Origin: Anaeromyxobacteraceae bacterium
GTDB taxonomy: Bacteria > Myxococcota > Myxococcia > Myxococcales > Anaeromyxobacteraceae
DNA: 64,000 nt
Direction: 5' to 3'
Assembly: GCA_032654565.1 (NCBI GenBank)
Contig: JAULAX010000007.1
Span: 1-64,000 of the forward strand
Below, one piece after another: positions 58,999-64,000 of this stretch (positions are counted from its first letter, which is position 1; every line of letters starts with the position of its first letter). Under the pieces are notes generated by a model. It worked only from the letters and a program-made list of their open reading frames with translations. It ran no database searches and was not told the origin of the DNA. Made by a program: the position numbers and the translations under genes.

Positions 58999-61900
58999 GC
59001 TTCGACTCCCTTTCCTGCGGGGGTGGGGAACATCTGCTCGACGTAGTCGTGGAGCGCCGCCCCGAAGTCGGGCTCGAGGGCGCGGCGGTAGACCAGGGTG
59101 GTGGCGATCTCGGCGGCCAGGATGGCCGAGCGGTACTTGGAGGGGAGCCGCTCGACCCGGGCGGCCAGCGCCGGGGTCTCGCGGACGAGGCGCGGCAGGT
59201 GGGCCAGCAGCGCCGCCAGGTAGGGCGGCTGCAGCTGGACCTCGGGGTGGGCCTGGAAGAAGCGGAAGAGGCGGGCCTTGTGGTCGTTGATCTCCACCGA
59301 GAGCGCCGCCGAGATCTCGGTGTAGCTGCGGGCCCCGCCGGCCTCGCGGTGGCGCTTGAAGATCAGCCGGGCCTCGTCGGTGGCGCGCCGCTCCAGGATC
59401 TCCAGCACGTCGCGGACGTAGGCCGCCTTGGTGGCCAGGAACTCGGCCTCGTCGAGCAGCAGGTTGCCGATGATCTCGTAGGACGAGGAGATGACCCCGC
59501 ACTTGTTGGCCGAGGCGTCGCGCAGCAGCACCACGCCGGCCTCCTGCAGCTTGAGGCGGGCCTCCGGGGTGATGAAGGAGTTGGCCCCCTCGACGATGAC
59601 CCCGGCGCTGGGCTTCCCGTCGGCGCCGAGGAACTGGCTCCAGTTGCGGCCGTCGATGGTCTCGGGGCGCCCGCCGGCGGGGATGAAGAGGTCGGCCGGG
59701 ACGCTGAAGAGCAGGGTGTTGAACTCCTGGTGGAACTCGTCGAGGGTGACCCAGTCCTCCTTCAGGCCGGCCCCGGTCATCTCCACCCGGCGGTGGAGCT
59801 GCCGCAGGCCGTCGGCCCGCCGCTGGTTGCGGTAGAGGATGAAGCCGCCGGGGTGGAGGCGGGCGGGATCGAAGGCGGCGGCGTCGGCCTTGAGCACGAT
59901 GCGGGAGAGCGCCTCGCGATCCAGGCCGGCCGGGTCGACCAGCGCGCCGGTGCCGTCGACGATGAGCCGGATGGCGGCGCCGGGCCAGCGCTCCAGCAGC
60001 AGGCGCATGGCGTTGCCGGCCACGTCGCCGTTGGGACCGCCGGTGAACTTGACCGAGAAGGGGGCGGTGCGCAGGTCGACGCCGCGCTCGCGCATGGCGA
60101 TCTCGGCGAAGGCCACCACCCCGGTCGAGGTGACGCCGAACTCCTTGTGGTTGATCCCGACCCGCTTCGAGGACATCACCCCGGCGCCGAGCAGGTAGCC
60201 GCGCTTGACCGAGATCCGGGCGATCTCCTCGATCATCCCGTCGTGCATGTTCTCGTCGGGGCCCAGCTCGATGGGCTCGTCCTCGCGGTAGTAGTCGACC
60301 ACCCGGGGGTCGCGGGCCACGCCGCCGCTGGTGACGAAGACGTCGAGGAAGGCGTTGATGAAGGCCCGCTGCACCTTGTGGAGGAGCGGCTCCTGCTGGG
60401 CCGGCAGGCGCCGCCCGGGGACGTGCACCACCACCACCATCTTCGAGCCGCCCTCGTAGATGTCCTTGTTCTTGAGGTGCTGGGTGTGGGCCAGCACGTA
60501 GTTCTCGCGGAAGAGGCTGTTGGCGACGGTGACGTAGTCGTCGCGGGTGTCGGCGAAGATGGTGCGCCAGCCGCCGCGGGCGATGTCGGCGAAGCCGACG
60601 TGGTAGCCGAGCCCGTAGCGGGCCGAGAAGAAGGTGACGCGGAAGGGGCGCTCCGGCGGCAGGTCGCCGGTGAAGAGCGGCCCCAGGTCGTCGAGGTAGG
60701 CCGGGTCGAGCCGGAAGGCCAGGGCGTGCTTCTCGTCGACGAAGAAGTTGGTCTTGAGGGTGCGCTTGATGAAGGTGAGCGCGGTCTGGAACAGCGAGCG
60801 GCGGAAGTCGTCGAGCCGGCGGTGGCCGGTGTTGTAGGCCGCCAGCTCGTGCTCCACCTCGGCCAGCTCGCGGGGCCAGGCGGCCTGGCGGTCGCGGCGG
60901 TCGGGGTCGAAGCGGACCTTGAAGAGCCGCACCAGCCGCAGCGACATGTCGGGGTGGAAGTGGAAGGCCCGGACCACGTCCTCGTAGGTGTAGTTGTCGG
61001 TCTGGTTGTGGGCGCACTGGGTGTGGCAGAAGCCGATGAAGGCGTTGACCAGCCCGGCCTCCTCGGCGGTCATCAGCCGGGGGAGCACGAAGTCGCGCCA
61101 GGTGGGCGACTCGACCGAGAGGATCTGGGTGGCGAAGAGCTGGCGCCGCAGGCTGCGGAAGAGCTCGCCCTCGCGGGTCAGCGGCAGCCCCTCGCGGTGG
61201 GCGACGCGGAAGCTGGCCAGGAAGTAGCGCTGGCCGTCGGCGGTGGCGGAGAGCGCCAGCGAGCGGCGCAGCCCGAGGTTGAGGGCGTTGAACACCTCGG
61301 TGACCTGCATGAGGAAGCCGCGCGGCGGCGGGCTGGCCATGGCGAAGAGCACGGTCGACTCGACCCGCTCGCCGGCGCCCTCGCTCTCGACCAGGTCGAG
61401 GGAGAAGCCGCCCCGGGCCCGGCACTCGTGGAGCAGCCAGGCCAGCCGGGCCACGTCGCCGGGGGGGGCCAGCCGCACCCAGCGCTGGTTGTCGGCCCAG
61501 AGCAGCCGCAGCGCCTCGTCGAGCGCGGCGGCGCCGAGGCCGGGGTGGCGCGCGGCGGCGGCGGCGCGGATGGCGTCCAGCACCGGGGCCGGGGGGGCGC
61601 CGGCGGGGGCGGCCCCGGGGGCGTCGGCCGGCGCCGCGAACTCGTAGCGGTGCACCTCCAGCCCGGCGTCGCTGCCGGGGAGCGCGGCGTCGGAGTGGAA
61701 GATCTCGGAGGAGGCGATCTCGCGGTCCTCGATCTGCCGCAGGGTCTCGAAGACCGAGCCGGGCCGATCGAGGCGGGCCAGGGTCAGCTCGCGGTCGCGG
61801 TCGACCAGCACCAGCTCGCGGTCGGTGGTGAGGCGCGGCAGGCCGGCCGCCAGGCTGGCGAGGATCCCGGCGTCCTCGCGCAGCGTGCTGGAGAAGGCGT

Positions 61901-62027
61901 TGGGGGCGAAGTTGCGGAGCCAGCGGTAGCCGCGCCGCGAGGCCTCGGCCGCCTCGTCGATGGAGGCCTGCACCCCCGTGTCGAGCGGGGCCTGCGGCGC
62001 GGTGGGCTTGGTCGGTGCAGGCTTCAC
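58995..62027 (-). CDS. large (~1010 aa) NAD-specific glutamate dehydrogenase
   Basis: ARGGWR, KNKDIYEGGSK, GPDEN, GINHKEFGVTS, GGPNGDVAGN, VEGAN, ANKCGVISSSYE; GTG start overlapping the gabD stop. Confidence 0.9.
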   Translation of the reverse strand: MKPAPTKPTAPQAPLDTGVQASIDEAAEASRRGYRWLRNFAPNAFSSTLREDAGILASLAAGLPRLTTDRELVLVDRDRELTLARLDRPGSVFETLRQIEDREIASSEIFHSDAALPGSDAGLEVHRYEFAAPADAPGAAPAGAPPAPVLDAIRAAAAARHPGLGAAALDEALRLLWADNQRWVRLAPPGDVARLAWLLHECRARGGFSLDLVESEGAGERVESTVLFAMASPPPRGFLMQVTEVFNALNLGLRRSLALSATADGQRYFLASFRVAHREGLPLTREGELFRSLRRQLFATQILSVESPTWRDFVLPRLMTAEEAGLVNAFIGFCHTQCAHNQTDNYTYEDVVRAFHFHPDMSLRLVRLFKVRFDPDRRDRQAAWPRELAEVEHELAAYNTGHRRLDDFRRSLFQTALTFIKRTLKTNFFVDEKHALAFRLDPAYLDDLGPLFTGDLPPERPFRVTFFSARYGLGYHVGFADIARGGWRTIFADTRDDYVTVANSLFRENYVLAHTQHLKNKDIYEGGSKMVVVVHVPGRRLPAQQEPLLHKVQRAFINAFLDVFVTSGGVARDPRVVDYYREDEPIELGPDENMHDGMIEEIARISVKRGYLLGAGVMSSKRVGINHKEFGVTSTGVVAFAEIAMRERGVDLRTAPFSVKFTGGPNGDVAGNAMRLLLERWPGAAIRLIVDGTGALVDPAGLDREALSRIVLKADAAAFDPARLHPGGFILYRNQRRADGLRQLHRRVEMTGAGLKEDWVTLDEFHQEFNTLLFSVPADLFIPAGGRPETIDGRNWSQFLGADGKPSAGVIVEGANSFITPEARLKLQEAGVVLLRDASANKCGVISSSYEIIGNLLLDEAEFLATKAAYVRDVLEILERRATDEARLIFKRHREAGGARSYTEISAALSVEINDHKARLFRFFQAHPEVQLQPPYLAALLAHLPRLVRETPALAARVERLPSKYRSAILAAEIATTLVYRRALEPDFGAALHDYVEQMFPTPAGKGVEA

Positions 62028-63490
62028 GTGAGGCCTCCGATGCAGAGGTACTTGAGCTCGAGGTACTCGTCGAGACCATACCGGGACCCCTCGCGGCCGG
62101 TGCCCGACTGCTTGACCCCGCCGAACGGGGCCACCTCGGTGGAGATGAGTCCGGTGTTGAGCCCCACCATCCCGCACTCGAGCCGCTCGGCGACCCGCCA
62201 GGCCCGGGCCAGGTCGCGGGTGTAGACGTAGGAGGCCAGGCCGACCTCGGTGTCGTTGGCCAGGCGGATGGCCTCGTCCTCGGTCGTGAAGCGGGAGAGC
62301 GGCGCCAGCGGCCCCAGGGTCTCCTCCCGGGTGACCTTCATGGCCGGGGTCACGTTGGTGAGGACGGTGGGCTGGAAGAAGGTGCCGCCGAGCGCGTGGC
62401 GGCCGCCGCCGGTGACCACGGTGGCCCCTCGGGCGACGGCGTCGGCGATCTGCTCCTCCACCCTCCGCACCGCCGCTTCGTCGATGAGCGGCCCCTGCTG
62501 CGTCTCGGCCTTGAGCCCGTCGCCCACCTTGAGCCCGGCCACCGCGGTGGCGAGCTTGCGGGCGAAGCGGTCGTGGACCCCGTCCTGCGCCAGCACCCGG
62601 TTGGTGCGGACGCAGGCCTGGCCGCTGTTGCGGTAGGTGGAGACCAGGACCCCCTGCACGGCGGCGTCGAGGTCGGCGTCGTCGAAGACGATGAAGGGGG
62701 CGTTGCCGCCCAGCTCCAGCGAGACCCGCTTCACCGTCGAGGCGCACTGGGCCATCAGCTGCCTCCCGACCTCGGTGGAGCCGGTGAAGGAGAGCTTGCG
62801 GACGGTGGGGTTGGAGGCCAGCTCCTGGCCGATGGCGCCGGCGTCGCCGGTGATGACGTTGAAGGCGCCCGCCGGCAGCCCGGCCTGCTCGCCCAGCTCG
62901 GCGAGCGCCAGCGCCGAGAAGGGGGTGGCGCTGGCCGGCTTGAGCACCACGGTGCAGCCGGCGGCCAGGGCCGGGGCGGCCTTGCGGGTGATGGTCGCCG
63001 CCGGGAGGTTCCACGGGGTGATGGCGGCCACCACGCCGATGGGCCCCTTGAGCACCAGCAGCCGCTTGTCGGCCTGGTGCTGGGGGATGGTGTCGCCGGA
63101 GACGCGCTTGCCCTCCTCGGCGAACCACTCGATGAAGCCGGCAGCGGAGGCGATCTCGCCGCGCGACTCGGCCATGGGCTTGCCCTGCTCGGCGGTCATC
63201 AGCGTGGCCAGGTCCTCCTGGTTGGCGATCACCAGCTCGAACCAGCGGCGCAGCACGGCGGCGCGCTCCCCGGCGGTCCGCGCCCGCCAGGCCGGGAAGG
63301 CCGCCGCGGCCGCCTCGACGGCGCGGCGCGCCTCGCCGCTCCCCATGCGCGGGACGCTGCCGATGACGGCGCCGCTGGCCGGGTTCCTGACGGTGATGGT
63401 GCGGCCGTCGGCGGCCTCGGTCCAGGCCCCGCGGATGAAGCAGCTCTGCCGGAGCAGGAACTCGTTCTTCAGCGGGACGGCGAAGGACAT
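62024..63490 (-). CDS. gabD: succinate-semialdehyde dehydrogenase-like (GabD), with atypical substitutions
   Basis: EQGKP, WFAEEGKR, ITRK, LELGGNAPF, RNSGQAC, ISTEVAPFGG, GREGS.YG. Confidence 0.88.
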   Translation of the reverse strand: MSFAVPLKNEFLLRQSCFIRGAWTEAADGRTITVRNPASGAVIGSVPRMGSGEARRAVEAAAAAFPAWRARTAGERAAVLRRWFELVIANQEDLATLMTAEQGKPMAESRGEIASAAGFIEWFAEEGKRVSGDTIPQHQADKRLLVLKGPIGVVAAITPWNLPAATITRKAAPALAAGCTVVLKPASATPFSALALAELGEQAGLPAGAFNVITGDAGAIGQELASNPTVRKLSFTGSTEVGRQLMAQCASTVKRVSLELGGNAPFIVFDDADLDAAVQGVLVSTYRNSGQACVRTNRVLAQDGVHDRFARKLATAVAGLKVGDGLKAETQQGPLIDEAAVRRVEEQIADAVARGATVVTGGGRHALGGTFFQPTVLTNVTPAMKVTREETLGPLAPLSRFTTEDEAIRLANDTEVGLASYVYTRDLARAWRVAERLECGMVGLNTGLISTEVAPFGGVKQSGTGREGSRYGLDEYLELKYLCIGGLT

Positions 63491-63504
63491 CGCGCAGGGG
63501 GGAG

Positions 63505-63520
63505 AGCCAGAAGCGTGCCA
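63505..63520 (-). promoter_or_regulatory. sigma-54 -24/-12 promoter (gabD-gdh-gabT)
   Basis: Minus strand TGGCAC-GCTTC-TGGCT. Confidence 0.75.
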
Positions 63521-63721
63521 CCCGGGGCACCGCCGGCCCGGTCCCGGTCCCCCGGGCCGCCCGGGTCCTGGGCCCGGGCGCGCCAGTCCGCCGCGAGGTG
63601 GCCGAGCTCATTGGCCTTTCGGCGCGGGCCGTTCACCGCCCGACCTCGCCCGGTCTCCGCCGCCGGCGCCGCGCCGCGGCGGGCCTGCCGGAGACCGCCA
63701 GCCGGGCCGGCCGCCCCCCCG

Positions 63722-63735
63722 ATGCAGCGCTGCAT
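63722..63735. promoter_or_regulatory. candidate enhancer (UAS), ATGC-N6-GCAT
   Basis: Perfect palindrome ATGCAGCGCTGCAT. Confidence 0.65.
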
Positions 63736-63752
63736 GGACCGGGGGCGCCCGC

Positions 63753-64000
63753 TCAGCTGATGCCGTAGCGCTTCAGCTTGCGGGCGATGGTCGACTGGTT
63801 CACGCCCAGCGCCCGGGCCATGTCGGTCTGGTTGCCATGGCGCTGCCGGGCCCGCAGCAGCACCAGCCGCTCGGTCCGCTCGATGGCCTCGTCGAGCGTG
63901 GTCTCGTCGTCGAGGACGTTGGGGGCCACCGCCCCCGCCCCGGTCACCGCGGTGATGTTGGGGGGCAGGTCGCCGGCGTCGATGACCTCGGTGTCGGACA
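63753..64000 (-). CDS. C-terminal end of a probable sigma-54 enhancer-binding regulator (truncated by window edge)
   Basis: I...DLP linker, TLDEA..R.ER helix, and HTH MARALGVNQSTIARKLKRYGI. The AAA+ core lies outside the window. Confidence 0.75.
   Translation of the reverse strand, partial: SDTEVIDAGDLPPNITAVTGAGAVAPNVLDDETTLDEAIERTERLVLLRARQRHGNQTDMARALGVNQSTIARKLKRYGIS

Noticed and set aside
57730..63611. Apparent giant fusions (1449 aa ending in GabT; 1538 aa ending in GDH)
   Set aside because: The N-terminal parts are out-of-frame read-ins. The true starts are at 58998 and 62027 with standard 4-bp overlaps.

Overview
Very GC-rich bacterial DNA. A MYXO-CTERM-type tail, PEGA proteins and a Cys-rich lipoprotein suggest a myxobacterium (Anaeromyxobacter-like); this is inference. 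1-12 kb: tRNA-Ser/Ser/Arg cluster, serS, an ECF sigma/anti-sigma/Spy-like module, an Mla/Pqi-type ABC operon, a Spy/CpxP plus two-component module and a second tRNA-Arg with a TCG anticodon. 12-30 kb: a large secreted PKD protein, TldD/TldE, hydrolases, surface proteins, a CorC-like protein and an RND pump. 30-39 kb: a tungsten cluster with tupBC-like ABC genes, moeA, two very divergent AOR/WOR-family enzymes, two MoaD/ThiS carriers and a ThiF/MoeB protein. 39-64 kb: a ~25-kb polyamine/omega-amino-acid catabolic cluster. The strongest directly visible discovery is a self-contained sigma-54 regulon: three -24/-12 promoters, each with an upstream ATGC-N6-GCAT palindrome, next to a truncated enhancer-binding-protein gene. 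It controls PotFGHI plus a porin, gabD-gdh-gabT, and an unusual operon encoding an aminotransferase-GNAT-like fusion, an ALDH and a saccharopine-dehydrogenase-family enzyme. No gamma-glutamylation genes (puuA/puuD) are in the window, so a glutamylation-independent polyamine route is a candidate. All product calls come from motif recognition by eye; no database searches were run.
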